Assembly (NCBI RefSeq): GCF_001447785.1
Contig: NW_015167069.1
Location: forward strand, 1,226,036 to 1,290,035
Length of the DNA stretch: 64,000 nt
DNA from: Gekko japonicus
Taxonomy: Eukaryota
Direction: 5' to 3'
Positions 11,101-25,040 of the stretch are shown piece by piece. Each line of letters begins with the position of its first letter. The stretch's first letter is position 1. Both the position numbers and the translations under genes were made by a program. Below the pieces are notes generated by a model. It saw only the letters and a list, made by a program, of their open reading frames with translations. It searched no databases and was not told the DNA's origin.

Positions 11101-12947
11101 GAGTTCCCATTCATGAGGGAATGTTGTCTGCTACTCCACTTTTAAACAAATTCTCTCCCTTTCTGTGTAATCGTGAACAGCCGAGAGAAGAGAGGCTGCA
11201 GAGCTGAGCTGACCATATATATAGCATTCTCATCCCATAGAGTAGAATGGGAACTCTGTTATTGGCAGCCAGCAATTCCTGTTATGCTTTAGGGGGCTCT
11301 TATAAGTGTTTCCAAGGCTGGAGAATTCCACCACCCCCTCCCATTACCTTGGAGTTTTGTGAATAGTTTAATTGAGCAGTCTTTCTGGAAATGTATCCAT
11401 TCACGAATCACCACAAACAGCACCAAAGTTCATGCAATGTTCATGTCGGGTGCCCTTCCACGAATATTGCTTCGCGAACTGTGAACCAAACTAAATTCAT
11501 GACAAACTTTAGTTTATCAGCTGGCTCATGCCCATCCCTACTTAATCAGCCAATCCTGGCTCCGAGATAAGCTTTCCTGCATGGTACATCATTTTGATCT
11601 TGTTTTTTGCTCTTTTCATTTTTAGATATGCATTTAATGAACCTTAGATGTACACCTCAAAAAACAAACATTTATAGCTAGAATTTCTGGTGCTTTAAAG
11701 ACAGAGATTAATTGCCCAGCCTAGGTCCCTGCTCTTCTTTCTTGACTATTAGTTTCCTTTACAAGCTGTAATGCTTGCCTGCATCAATCTTTCTGTCTGC
11801 AATCCCTTCCCCAGCCTGTTCTTTGCTTCCTCAATCCTTATGAAATGGCTTCCCCCCCTCTAAATATGATTCTTGAAAGCAAAATAATTAATGCAAAGTA
11901 AACACATATATAGCTAGGCATATAATTTTGATAATTTGTCAAGGCATATAATTTAGACTCCTTGCTGCAGAATAAGGGCGCCATTTCAGACTTCAGTCAG
12001 GGAGGGGGTAAATTTCTCAACAGGGTTTAAAAGCTCCCTCTTGGATATATTCAAGATTAAATTCCAAAAGAGAAGTGTATTTTAATAGCATTTCTTGTGG
12101 TAACTTTTTATAGCTCATAAGAAGGAGAGCTGCATTACCAACACAAATCAATCATTCCCACTTCTTTCTCAGACAAAGTGATTTGTTCCTTGACTTTCAC
12201 TCATACTTTGTACACAGACATATTTAGTTGCTTATAACAGTAATCAACTCAGTGTGTAGAACCAACAAGTAGGCCGGAAGTATCCTTGGAAACAAAAATT
12301 CAACCTGCCAGCTATGTGGGTGATCTGATATCCTGGCATTTGCATTAAAAACAGTCAAGGAAATTCAAATTCTTATTCAGGCCACTTAAATTGGGCAGCG
12401 GGGGTTGTTAATCCTCTGTCACATGCCAGTTTCCTGGTAAGAACTGAGAGCCTGAGCTCTTACGAACTAAAGCCAGTTCATAGCATTTTGTCACCCTTAG
12501 CAAGATACACCAATTGTCTACTTCATGATTCTCATAGTCAGGTCACAGCCAGCAGGGATCCATGTTCTGGTGGCCTAGATCTAGGGAGTGGTATTCCTCA
12601 CCTATCATGTCACAAACATCTGGGAACAAAAACTAAGCCCCACTCTCCTCATTGTGCCTCCCTGAGTAGTTGTTTGAACCATTTTGCTAGATAACTGGCT
12701 CTGCTAAACCTACGCCCTTCCCCCCAGTATTGGTCTGCTCTGACTCCCCTTCTTTCCTAGAAGTGGTTGAAGACCTCCTGACTGGGATAAGGAAAGCTGA
12801 GGCTGCCTAGACCACCTATAAAAACAGTGAGGAGAGAGAGAACTTTTGTTCTTCTCCCCTCTACATCTCTATTTGTCCGCTGTTGTTGGGCTACTTGTTG
12901 GCTGGGATGAGCAGCTGGATGTGACATGGTACCTTCTGCCTTCACTC

Positions 12948-13138
12948 ACATAAAGCTGCCTTATACTGAACTAGAGTGTTGGTCCATCAGAGTCAGTATT
13001 GTCTACTCAGACTAGTAGCAGCTCTCCAGAGACTCGAGTGAGGTCTTTCACATCACCTACTACTTGTTCCTTTGAACTGGGGATGTTGGGTATTGAACCT
13101 GAGACCTTCAGCAAAGCAGATGCTCTACCACTGAGCCA
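12948..13138 (-). mobile_element. Squam3-like tRNA SINE
   Basis: Same head and tail as 4274-4449. Confidence 0.75.
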
Positions 13139-13150
13139 GTTCTACCACTG

Positions 13151-13393
13151 AGCCAACATGGTGTAGCAGTTAAGAGTGGTGGACTCAAATCTGGAGAAGT
13201 GGGTTTGATTCCCCACTCCTCCACATGAAACCTGCTGGGTGACCTTGGCTCAATCACAGTTCTCTCAGAATTTTCTCAGCCCTACCTACCTTACAAGGTG
13301 ACTGTTGTGGGGAGAGGAAGGGAAGGTGATTGTAAACTGCTTCGAGAGTCCTCAGGGTAGATAAAAGTGGGGTATAAGAACCAACTCTTCTTC
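13151..13393 (+). mobile_element. tRNA-derived SINE, same family as 5238
   Basis: agccaacatggtgtagcagttaagag...gggtttgattccccactcctcc...ccaactcttcttct. Confidence 0.75.
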
Positions 13394-13459
13394 TTTCCCC
13401 CTCTCACTTATTGGGTGAGGAACAGCTCAGGGACCATCCTATTCTGCTGTGATTGTCAC

Positions 13460-14249
13460 CAAAGTTTCCTCTAAGCTGTGCTAGGGGGCTTTCTTAAGGA
13501 GAGGCACCAGCAGCTATGTTGCAGATTTGGTGCTTCTACCTCAAAAAAAAAAAAAACCCCCGAGCCCCAGATACCCGCTGCTTGATTCTCCATCATAGCC
13601 TATGGGGGCCATTGACTATAATGGTCCCCATAGGCTATAATGGAGCTGGGGAAAAAATCAGTTTTTTGCACACTTCTATTATGCTTTTTAGTATGATTTG
13701 TAAGCCACCTTGAGTCACTGGGAAAAGTAGGATATAAATATTTGAATAAATTAGTAGTTTGGGCTGGTTGATAACATTTAAGCAATTTCCTGTTTGTTAG
13801 GTTAGACAGGGTTCTGACAGTTATATTTGACCTGTAATGCTGGATGTCATATTTCACAAAAACATACCACCACCACCACCCCCCAAAGTAGCCTGCAAGA
13901 GTTTCTCTCCCTCCCAAGTGCTGGTATGTTTTCTAAGGCTCACTGTGGGGCGATGGTCCGAGGCCAGGTCTACCAATATAGTGGACTGGGGAAGTAGACC
14001 TGTTCTCCGGAGGCCATGTCTACCCATGTAAGGGGCAGCATTTTCTGTAATGAAATTTGTCTCTTATTTTTTCTTATTTATTCTTAAAATATAGTTTAAA
14101 AATTATGGTTATGGAAACAATCTTCTAAGAAACTAATTTACACAATAACCAAATGTAGACTCACTCACAACTTTAATGCTACTAGCTTTTTTTTCGCTCA
14201 CAAGGTAGAATTTTTGCACACAGAGCTGTGGAGCTTAGAGGGAACATTG
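13460..14249. mobile_element. Possible longer or composite member of the CAGTGTTCCCTCTAAG hAT family
   Basis: Left end caaagtttcctctaagctg, right end gcttagagggaacattg, with a gctcacaactttaatgc block shared with 20974. The TSD is not clean. Confidence 0.45.
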
Positions 14250-15814
14250 AATTTGTCTCTATTTTCAGTGGAAGAATTCAGACCATTTCCAGTTGAAACC
14301 AATGGGATCTCAAAGTCCTTAATTTTGACTGGGCCATCTCCAACATCAGACTTCATCAACCAAGTGGGCCTTCTTTGACTAGGTTTGCATTGTGGTTCAG
14401 AGAGGGATCTTTCTGAGTTTGTAGGTTATATTGTCTGTCAGCATAGTGTAAAACAAAATCCCTCCCCCATGGATCTAGTTCTGTGCAAACAATTAACTGA
14501 TTAATCCCAGGACGTGATTGTTGCCAGAGCTGGCTGGCTCCAGTGCTCAGGCATAAACAGCCATCAGCAAAAATAGTCGGTTCATTGACTGCTTGTGTGG
14601 GTGGCAGCAGCTTCCAAGTCTGCAGGCTTGATGCAGACTCCAGCCTCCCCAGAGCTGTCCGTGGAGATCAGTTTGATTGAATGGCTCATCTATGCAACAC
14701 AAACCACAGCATTCAAAATGTTTAAGGGATTATTCTGTCAAATTAAATCTTGAATTTAAAGGATTCTTCAGTCAAATTAGATGGAACTTGTGTGTGCACC
14801 TGCCTTTCCCTAGGATATGGACAACCTGCCAGTCTACCACCAGCATAACCTCTGTTTAAATCTATCTGTCTGTCCATCCAACTGTCCATCTGGGTAGGTT
14901 AAGACGGAGGGACAATGGCATGCCCAGGTTCTGGCTGAATGGAGACTTGAGCCTGGTTTCCTGGGTCCTAATCTAATCCTGCACCATACTGGATCCTCCT
15001 CTGGTTGTACTAGTAACTGTCTCTGATAAATGCAAATATTCTACTTGTCAGGCTGGCACCTTCTAAATTGTGCTGATCCTCCAAGATGTTGACTCACCTG
15101 CTTGAACTGTCAAGTCATACCTGTTTCTGATTCTCTTCTGAATTCTTCTCAATGAATCTACTTCCTTCTTAAACAGGAAATGTCTAGAAGGCAGTGATAT
15201 TCTTGCATCCTGGTTTGGATTTTTGAAGTCTGAACCAAGATCTTAGTGGCCTGGCACTGGAATGGAGTTCAGTAAACGTTTGTTCAGGCCTGGGAATGCT
15301 CTTCAGGAACACAGGATTATGCAACATTGGATTTTGGCCTCTGATGGAACAGGTCTGATAGAAACACTGCCTTGGTGCTTTTATTGGTATGGTTTGAACT
15401 CTTGGGCTTTTGCCACAAAACTCATCTGTTTGATTTAAAAACCCTGCATCTTGACTCTGCTAAGTCATCCAGACAACCAGAGCTGGTTCCAGGTTTTGGA
15501 AGGTTCTTAGAAAGATGTGAGCCATTGGGTCCCACCATCCTCCAGTTGTAGCTGTGACACAAATGGAGCAAACAGGTGAGCAAATGCTGCTCCTACTCTC
15601 CATTGCTTTTGGTTCAGCCACTGCTTCAGCTAGGTGCAGCAGCCACTCTTGTTTTACCTGTCTTTATTTTATTTGACTTATATCTCACTCCACATGGCAG
15701 GCTCAGGGCAGGTTACATCAGATTTGATAAAAACACAACATACACAATATTCATTTTGATGATGGCTGCTCCTGCTGCTCCTTGTAGTCACTGCTTGCTT
15801 GGACATGTGAGAGG

Positions 15815-15980
15815 CATGAACACATGGAGCTGCCTCATACCCATCCGGACTTTTGGTCTATCAAGGTGAGCCTCTATTCAAACTGCAAGTGGCTCTTTTT
15901 AGCAGGAGATGCTGAGGCTTGAAACTGGGACCTTCTGCATGAAACGCAGACACTCTGCAACTAAACCACAGCCCCTCCAA
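15815..15980 (-). mobile_element. Squam3-like SINE, diverged
   Basis: catgaacacatggagctgcctcatac...gggaccttctgcatg... Confidence 0.6.
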
Positions 15981-16043
15981 GGGCGGGCCACACCTGCCTA
16001 ATCTCTAATTATCTGACAGAGAAAGAGGGAGTAAGACAAGGGG

Positions 16044-16363
16044 TAAAGGTAAAGGTTTCCCTTGTTCAAAAGCTAGTCAAATCTGACTCTAGGGGAAGAG
16101 CCAGCGCTGCCCAAAGACATTTCCATGGTCATCTGACCAGCATGACTAAACACCGAGGTACACAAAATGCTGTTACCTTCCCACCAAAGCGGTACATATT
16201 TATCTACTTGTAATTTCTTGTTTTCAAACTGCTAGGTTGACAGGAGCTGGGGCCAGAGACAAGAGCTCACTCCGTCACGTGGCACTAGGGTCTTAAACTG
16301 CTGAACTACAGACCTTCCAGTCTGCAGCTCAGTGTCTTAACCTCTGAGTCACCGTGGCCCCTC
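16044..16363 (-). mobile_element. Sauria SINE (Squam1)
   Basis: (ACCTTT)n tail seen as ggtaaaggtaaagg, diagnostic ctgttaccttcccacc...tatttatctact...aactgctaggttg.caggagctggg core, and 12-bp TSD TAAGACAAGGGG (16032-16043, 16364-16375). Confidence 0.9.
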
Positions 16364-17187
16364 TAAGACAAGGGGGGTGGGGTGTAAATGGATCTAATCT
16401 TTCTGGGTAGTCACAGTTCCACTACCAAGAGAGTAGGCTGCAATGGCTGTTACCATAGAGTAATGGGCCGTCCTGGGGGTTCAGAGAAGGAAGGACAAAG
16501 GAGGACAATTTCCTTGGGGCCTCACAAGGTCAAGAAGAGCCCCAAAATTATTGGTTCAGATGACCTAAGTTTAGTGGGTGGCACCCATCCAATCTTTAAT
16601 CTTTGTCCTTCAGAGCAGTGGTATAGTTTCAAACAGGGAGCCTGTTCTTTTGTCTAATGGATTGGGGTACTCATGGTTATTAATGAATTTATCATCAGAT
16701 TTGACCTACCAAACTATATATTTACTACATTCGTATTCCATGTATTTAAATACTCTTATGTTATCCATGGACAGCATTTGTGGGAGGGCAGAAGAAGGCA
16801 CCAGGATTCTGTTTTGCCTCAAGCCCCACATTAGATCTCTGTGCCCCTGGATCATCCCCAACTCATTGTGTTCCATGGTAGACTGATAGTGCACTTCTCA
16901 GCCAAGTTTCTAAATCCATTGAGGTCAAGGGGCTTAGGCTGGAGTAAGCCTGCTTTGTATTGCACTGTTAGGCAGGTATTTTGCTTTGGTTTTCACTCAT
17001 GACAATAGGATTTAAACATGCCAAGGGTGCCTACAGATCTTGCAACATCACCATATTTTTAATGCGGACTAAAATCCCATCTGGCCCAAGAGTCCATTGA
17101 TTGCAGAGGTCATTGTACAAAGCAGCTAGAGAAAAATATTCAGTCATTAGTTTGTGTTCTGTAGCATCCTAGCCACAAAATAATAGG

Positions 17188-18298
17188 TTTATTTTCCCCA
17201 CCACTTTTTTGTCCTTTTATTGATAAAAACTACACAAAAGCTAACTGATCAGAATAATTAATTAAAAATAAATCAAACAATGTTACACATCCTCCTTCGT
17301 TTGTTTGTTTTTTAAAATCACACTAGCCACCAAATTTCCCAAGATCTTCTTTCAACCCATCCTAACAATTTTCACCCTACTGAGTACATTTTGAATATTA
17401 CCATAACCCAAATTCTCCTCCCCATCCCTCATTTAGCATTGCTGCACATTTCAATGGTGAGCTTTTAATTCATCAATTCTTTCTGTTTTGCTGCTTTTAG
17501 AATCCCAAACATAATTGTAGTGTCAACAATGAAGCACAATGAAGATAGGAAAAAACCAAAGGATCCCCCACCCCATAAATGTACAGCATGGATCTTAAAT
17601 GTACATGCACCCAAGGTTTGTCTGTTTCGCCTCTTTGTTCTTTCACATGAATTGCCAGTGTCCTTTTGGTTCAACTTAAGCCTTTAACACCATGTTTGGA
17701 GTCTGAAATTATAGTACTGCTTGCCCACCCTCATAAGAAAAAAGAAAAAGGATCTTGGCTTGTTTTGTTCCCAAAACAAATGAAAAAAAGGAGGGGAAAC
17801 CATTAAAGAAATCCTCTGAGTGCTAAACACTTAAAGAAATAATGCCTTGTACTCCATTTTATGTCTGCCCCCACCCCCTTATTTGTACCTGTGGTTCTCC
17901 TTCCAAGGAACCGTGCAGTGTAGAAAAATCAAATATACAAACAAAACTTTTAATCCATCCCTTTATGTTGCTAGAGTGAAATCTAACGTTTGTAATAAGA
18001 ACTTGACAATCTTTCTTTGATATTTACACCAAGAAGTTTGTTCAACAGTTTAAAGCCAAAGGAAATCCTGAAGTTCTCCGATTCCCATTTTGTACTGCAA
18101 GGTGATTCTACTGAATTTCCGCAGTCCTCCTCAAGTAACTGGTTGTTTCATTTGCCTTTCTGTTGTTTTCATGGAAATGTTTATCAACTGGAAATGGCAA
18201 ACTTCGGTGTTCCATTCTCATCTTGAATCAAAGGTTCCCCCCTCCCTGGAATAAAAGAACCCTCCCGCCCCTTCTGAACTCTCAGGAAAGCAATTCCA
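17188..18298 (-). other. LRRTM4: Putative LRRTM4 long-isoform 3' UTR with candidate AATAAA signals at 17216-17221 and 17188-17193
   Basis: Repeat-free, U-rich (mRNA sense) stretch after the stop codon, with TTTATT hexamers on the plus strand. The actual 3' end is not determinable from sequence alone. Confidence 0.55.
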
Positions 18299-18520
<222 letters not shown>

Positions 18521-20859
18521 CTAGAGAAAAGACAAAGAGAAGTTTCATGTTAACATGATGACAGGAGAGGAGGCACATAACGTCAGCATCAAGGTGACAA
18601 GGCAAACTATGGTAAAACTAATGCTTCAGTCCAGAGAACCACAGAAATAGCAACAGGCTGAAACATCTGAATACGGATGGTATTTGTTGGGCACATTTGC
18701 CATGTACATTGCCACATAAAAAGGAATATAGGGCTTTACATGCATGCTCATCAATGGCTAACTATACACATCAATATATAGGAATACAAGCTTGAGTATG
18801 GCCTTTCAACAAGAGAGGAAAATTCTGGGAACATGTCTTCAGAACCTAGACTGAACTTCCATTACCTTTCCAGTTGCAGGTACACAAGCTTGAATATAGC
18901 CAGAGAAGTTAATCTTTTGGCATGAGCCAAAGGGATCTTGGCCTTTGCTTTTAACTGAGCCCAATTAAGTCAGGATCAGCCCAGGATGTCATCAGTGCAC
19001 CCTTGGTTTGCTCTGTTTATTTAAATAGTATTGTTGTCTATTTCAATGGTTTTGCTGTTCGGGTTACTTGTACTTTCAATAGTAGGTTTATTCAAACTGT
19101 ATTTTTGGATTTTTGTAAACTGCTTCAAGCTCCCATTAGGGTAAAAAGCAAGGTTAAAAATATGCCTAATAAATTTTACCAAGGGCAGTCTAGGTCGCCT
19201 GCCAGTTGGATCACAAAACAGGTAGGTAAACAGTGAGAGGCTGTTTGACTCTTTTAGCTGCTTTTAGACTCAGGAACACACAAACACACACACACACCAG
19301 TGACCTTTCTTTTAATCTTCAGGGGAATAATATGTGAGAAATGGGGGGAGGGATGAATCCCATATCTTTAGTCTGAAAAAGTATCTTGAGGAAGGTGGCT
19401 TTGAGAATGAAAAGTGAAAAGGTTAAGATGTCTCTCTCCACATGCCTTCCATTCAACCAATTCACAGCCTACCCAGATGGTTTTAGATTAAAAGAAAACT
19501 GCCAAGGAAACCATCATAGGACTCTGCATCTGAGCCTCAGCTCACAGTCATAGAGATGATTTATACCCATGCAACAACATGTTACTGACAGCACCATCCT
19601 TAACTGAGCTACACTCCTCCAAGTCTAGTGAAGTCAATGGGATTCAAAGGCTGTAATCGGTTTAGAATTGCATCATGAATATCCCTTTCTATCGTCACTG
19701 CAGGCTATTGTACAAATGACATATTGGCTCCACACTACAGGCCCCTGGTTCTGCAAGTGGCTGGCTTCTCTGCATTGAGACATGACTAATTGTAGCATGA
19801 GTTTCATCAGCTGCACAAAGGGGACTGAAAAACTGGAAGGTGCTTCTATGGAGGTTAAACATGACAAAGGGGGGAAAGGGGGGGGGGAATTCGCACACAC
19901 ACCCAACCAATAAACACACCATCCTGGAAGATGCAGGTACTCAGCACAAAGAAAGTAAGTTGAAACATTTGTTCATGTCAAGCATGAATACTAAACAATT
20001 GCTATGGCACTAAATATAAATCCAGCATGTAAATGTATAGAAGCCAATTACATTTTATATCAGAGAGCCATTCATAATCCTTATTCAAATGCTGCCTGTC
20101 AAACAGAATGTTAATGAAATCCAATTCTGTAGCTCTTTCTTCTTGCTTGCCTTTGAATTTTCATTTTGTTTTGTTGCAATATAGTGATCCTAATAACAAG
20201 GACAATCTGAAGAGCTTAATTTATTTCTTTATACTCATTTGCCCCAATTTATTTTATGATATTCACATTTCTCATCCTTGCTGTTTTGACTAGAAAATTC
20301 ACATTTTGATTTAACTTCTCAGTGGGGCAAATAAAATCCATGCCATAATCCTACAATTCTTTACGTTCTGTTTTTGCACCCAGATTATCTGATATACATT
20401 TGTCTGATACACAGACACACAGAGAAGTGAGGTACCTGCAAGGACTTGCTGGNNNNNNNNNNNNNNNNNNNNNNNNNNNNNNNNNNNNNNNNNNNNNNNN
20501 NNNNNNCCCGCCCATAGCCTCTTCCCTTTTTCATGCTTTCTTCTCTCCTTTCTGCCCACCATCCAGCCTACCTTTATCCTCCCCCATCTCCAGCTTTCCT
20601 CCCTTCCCTTCCCCTAGCAGCCTATCTCTGGAAAAACTATGGCCCAGTTCCACAGTACTAGCTGAGCTGGGCCCATTTGTACTGGGATGAACCTGAAAGG
20701 ACTTTCAGGGGCACCTCACTTTGTCCCGAATCCAGCAACAGCAACTGAGGGCATCTGTTTATTAAAATGACCAGCATTCCTTTTATCATTTTTAAACCAC
20801 CCATGGTTGTTTTTTTTTGGGGGGGGGGGTTAGTTTTCAGATTTTTCTGCAAACCTAAG

Positions 20860-21297
20860 GTGTTTTTTTCCAGACTTTTCTAAAGATCTGTTGCGTGTAT
20901 TCTCCACAGTGGGTACCAAAGCAGCTTATACCATACTCCTCCTTTTTATCAACCCCATGAGGTAGGTTAGGATCAGTGTTCCCTCTAAGCTGAGTTAGTG
21001 TGAGCTAGCTCACAGGTCTTTATCCTCCGGCTCACACATTTTTTGTCTTAGCTCAGGAAGGATGGCTCCAGAGCAAACTAATTTATGCTGTAGCCAAATC
21101 ACTCGCTCACAACTTTAATGCCAGTAGCTCACAAAGTAGAGTTTTTGCTCACAAGACTCCACCACTTAGAGGGAGCATTGGTTAGGATGAAAGTATGTGA
21201 CTGATATCACCTAGTGAGCTTCCATGGCAGACTGATGATTTGAACCTGGGTCTCCCAGACCCTACTTTAATGCTCTGATCACTACACCACACTGGCT
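20860..21297 (-). mobile_element. tRNA-derived SINE interrupted by a hAT MITE
   Basis: aaccccatgaggtaggttaggat|gaaagtatgtgact...gatttgaacctgggtctcc...cactacaccacactggc. Confidence 0.65.
20974..21180. mobile_element. hAT MITE (207 bp)
   Basis: TIRs CAGTGTTCCCTCTAAG / CTTAGAGGGAGCATTG and perfect 8-bp TSD GTTAGGAT. Confidence 0.92.
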
Positions 21298-23016
21298 TCC
21301 ATACAGTGGCTACCGTTGGACAGCAGGAAGCAGCCAGGCCTAAGTGAATCATGCAAGTCTGGTGGTATCAAGGCATCCAGTGTTTGCTGCCAGGTCTGGA
21401 CCTGGTAAGTCCTCTCTCAAAGTCTAAAACAGCCCTGGGAAAGGCTCCGACCCCTCTCCCTGCCTTTTGTTGACAGAAACTACGCTTAAAATACTTTGGT
21501 TGCCAAACAAAGGTCACTAAGGGCTTCTGTTTCTTAAACCGGCAGGCTGTCCTTGTAACATTTGGGTATTTTTATCCCCCCAATATATATATATTTAAGA
21601 TGTCAGATTTTCTGCGAAACTGGGGTGTGTTTTTTAGGTTTGTAGAAATATCTGACTCGTTTGTTCATGGCTGTAAGCATTGAATTTAAGTATCCTCAGA
21701 TTTGGCTGACCTGGCAATTTGAGTATGGGTTGGATTTAATGGGTTGGATCCAATGTTGCTGGAAAAGAGAGGAAGGGTTCCCTTTGATCACTATCCGGGA
21801 GATTATGGGATCTGCATTTCCAAAAGCCACAAGAGACAGGGGCTGTGGTATGGAGGGGAACTGGTTGAGACTGAGTGGAAAAGCTGGCTANNNNNNNNNN
21901 NNNNNNNNNNNNNNNNNNNNNNNNNNNNNNNNNNNNNNNNNNNNNNNNNNNNNNNNNNNNNNNNNNNNNNNNNNNNNNNNNNNNNNNNNNNNNNNNNNNN
22001 NNNNNNNNNNNNNNNNNNNNNNNNNNNNNNNNNNNNNNNNNNNNNNNNNNNNNNNCTGTCTGTCTATCTATATCTTTCTTTCTGTCCTCTGCACCACTGT
22101 GAAGAATCAAAGACTTTCATGGTAGCTGGCATTCAGCTTGAACCTTTTTCATTTTACATGACAGCTGAATGGCACAAATATGAAAGTCAGTACTGTTAAC
22201 AGACATTGATGGGACTGCCATGATCACTTCAGTACTTCCATGAAGTAAAGTAAAATATCTCCTTTGAAGCAGAAGGACCTACATCACATTACACCCAGCC
22301 TTGATCTCAGGGTGTTAAAATACCACTTTAACGGTATCATAAAAGCCAGCAATGGTTTGTGTTCTGTTTAGTTTGGAGATTGAGGCCCTGTGTTTTACAG
22401 TAATAATGTACAGGACATTAACCAGATGGGGCCCAGTGCACATCATGGCTTTGTTTCTTGCCTCCACACAGGAGTTAAAAGCTTCTGAATCACAACATTA
22501 TCTCTAAATGGCCTTGAAATGCCATTGCCTTGTCAACTATATTTTCTGTAGTTTTCCAAACTGTCCCCTTAGCTCCATTTTGATTTTTCTTTTGTTTCTC
22601 TTCTCAAGATTGTTCTTTTGTAGCAAAAGTGAAAAGTAGATCAGAACAGGGATTATACGTTTCAAGGGCTTTTCCACACTGGGAAATAAACAGCTGCTGA
22701 AACATTAGTTTTGGAGCAGTAGGCCTTAAGGGGAAGTATACTTTGACCACCAGATTCCTACATGTGTGCACCATGGTGCAGCCAAGGGATAGGTGCTTAA
22801 ATCTTACGTTCCCCAGGCTTTTATACAGATACTTGACTCAGTCTAAAAAAAAGAGAATAGGTTTTCCTGGTTGCATGGTTGTTGGGACTGGGGAATAAAT
22901 CCTAGCACATCACCATCAATCATACCCCCCCTCTTCTTCCATGCCTCAAAGCCTTGAAGGTGGGGGGTTGGGGCTGAGGGTGGGGTTTCTCCTGCCATGG
23001 GTGGGCAAATGGCAAG

Positions 23017-23213
23017 TGATGTTCCCTCTAAGCTGTAGAGTCTTGTGAACAAAAAATCTACTTTGTGATCTACTAGCATTAAAGTTGTGAGCAAGCAATT
23101 TGGCTACTGCATAAATTAGTTTGCTCTGGAGCCATCCTAAGACAAAAATGTGTGAGTTGGAGGCTAAAAAACTGTGAGCTAGCTCACACTAACTCAGCTT
23201 AGAGAGAACACCA
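23017..23213. mobile_element. hAT MITE, same family as 20974, opposite orientation
   Basis: Reverse-complement match to 20974-21180 and perfect 8-bp TSD ATGGCAAG. Confidence 0.92.
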
Positions 23214-24501
23214 ATGGCAAGCCAAATCCTTGGCCTGATTCAGTAGGGCTCTTGTTGTGTTCCAAGCAACCACCAAAATGGCTGTCCTCTCCCACCCACC
23301 CAGTTTTTAATCCTCTGTCTTTGGCAGCCAGGCCCACTGAGAACCAGACAAACACACAAAAGGTATTTGATTCAAATAGGAATGCTGTTGCTGTCCTCCA
23401 GTGGTATTTTGCCCAACTCCCTGGGCCCTCAGAGTGAACCTAATATTGGTGAAGTGACTCCATTTGAGCAGTTTAATCAATGCAAATGCCGATAAAGGGT
23501 ATATTTAGTCCACCTGAACTCATATAATATATGCTTTTTTTGCTTTTTGGAGCTTGCTGACTGCTGTACTTGTTTCTCCTGCCCCCTGCTACTAGAAGAC
23601 CTCCAGTTTGTTCATTCTTCTTGCAACCCTGTCATTGCAATAAACTTTACAGAATGCAACTCTACATATGCAAGACTGGTTTGTTCCCCCAGTGTTGCTA
23701 ATATCAACCACCTGGAAATTTTATCCCTCTGGTGGCACTTGACAAACTGTGAGGATGACATCCCATCTGGAAATCTTTGAAATGTCTGCTGTCTTTTCCT
23801 TTCCCTATCATTTCAGGGATGTGAAAGAACTCTACCTGTGACCATGGAGAGCTCCTGTCAGTCAGAATACATGGCACTGACCTTGATAGACCCATGGTCT
23901 GACTCAGTCTAAGACAGCTTCATGTGTTCACTTTAGACATGACATCTGATGTTAATTTATCTGACTGAAAACTACAGGGCCTTTTCTTGTCAGAGTGCAA
24001 GGTTCTTTTTTAGCCTTCCAAAGATGCTTCTCCACTAAATGCAGTGTCAATTTGTTTCACAGGAACAGGGGTTTTTTTGGCTGTGGTCTTTGTGCTGTTT
24101 TCCCAGATAGATATTAAGTCTAATTTCAGGAAATGGTCTTGCTCTCATAGACCGCTACTTACAGAAGTAACAATCAATAGACCTATTACAGAGGAGTGAG
24201 GAATTCTAAGTACTGCAGTTTTCAAGGAACATTCTGTGAACCATCAGTGTTGCAGGAAGGGAGCATCTGCAGGATGCACTTAGACCATTCATATATAAAT
24301 CACAATCTTCCTGTCATTAGTTCTCATGGAAGAATGGAATCATTGTTTAAATGGCTGAATCACTGAATGGCTAGAAAACAGTGAGTTGAACTCTTGGTCC
24401 TCAGGACTTTGCAGCTCTTAAAAGTTTCCTGTAAATCATGCCCAAATTATTTCATTCTTGTCCAGATTTCTTGGTTTAAAGACCCTCCCATGCAGTTCTT
24501 A

Positions 24502-24880
24502 CAGGGTTGCCAACACTCCTTTGGCAAATGATAGCAAACTTTGAGGGTAGTTCCTGGGGAGGACAAAGTTTTTGGAAAATGTGGTGTCACTTCTACGTGA
24601 CACTCTAGGAGTTTCCCCTAATCTCTGTGGGGAAGACCACAAAGACATGGGGAAATTCCACAGCATTGCTATGGAGGCCATTTTTCAACCATTTTTTTCC
24701 TCCGGTTTCTCATGGGTGGGGACTACAGAGATCTTTTCCCACAAAGGAACCAGCAGCATTGGAGGGTGGACTGTATGGCATCATATCCTCACTGACTTCC
24801 CTCCACTTCCTAAGCTATGCCTTCCCTAGATATCACCCTCAATTCTCCAAGCATTTCTCAAGCCACAGTTGACAATCCTA
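24502..24880. mobile_element. Non-autonomous hAT-derived repeat (TAGGGTTGCCA-TIR family)
   Basis: cagggttgccaac...ggagggtggactgtatggcat...tgacaatccta. Related copies lie at about 31870-32050, 41976, 45611, 46127, 47003 and 58136. Confidence 0.65.
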
Positions 24881-25040
24881 CCAGCCTGGTAACCAGAAGG
24901 AGGAGGGGAGGGATGGGGGCATGGGGGAGCAGCTATAAGTGTTGATGTGATGTCACCTCTGGGGGGGGAACCCTGGGAAAACTCTGAGAATCACTGGAAA
25001 CTCTTTACCATAGAGTTTATTGAGATTCCTACAAGGCGTG

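Larger units (their letters stand above)
6855..11540 (-). mobile_element. Decayed autonomous hAT DNA transposon (about 4.7 kb)
   Basis: TIRs TAGGGATAGGCATGAAC (6855) and GCTCATGCCCATCCCTA (ends 11540), subterminal gttcatg/catgaac repeats, and internal transposase remnants. No clean TSD. Confidence 0.8.

Noticed and set aside
12350-12940. Possible LTR or YR-element terminal fragment
   Set aside because: No definable termini or TSD
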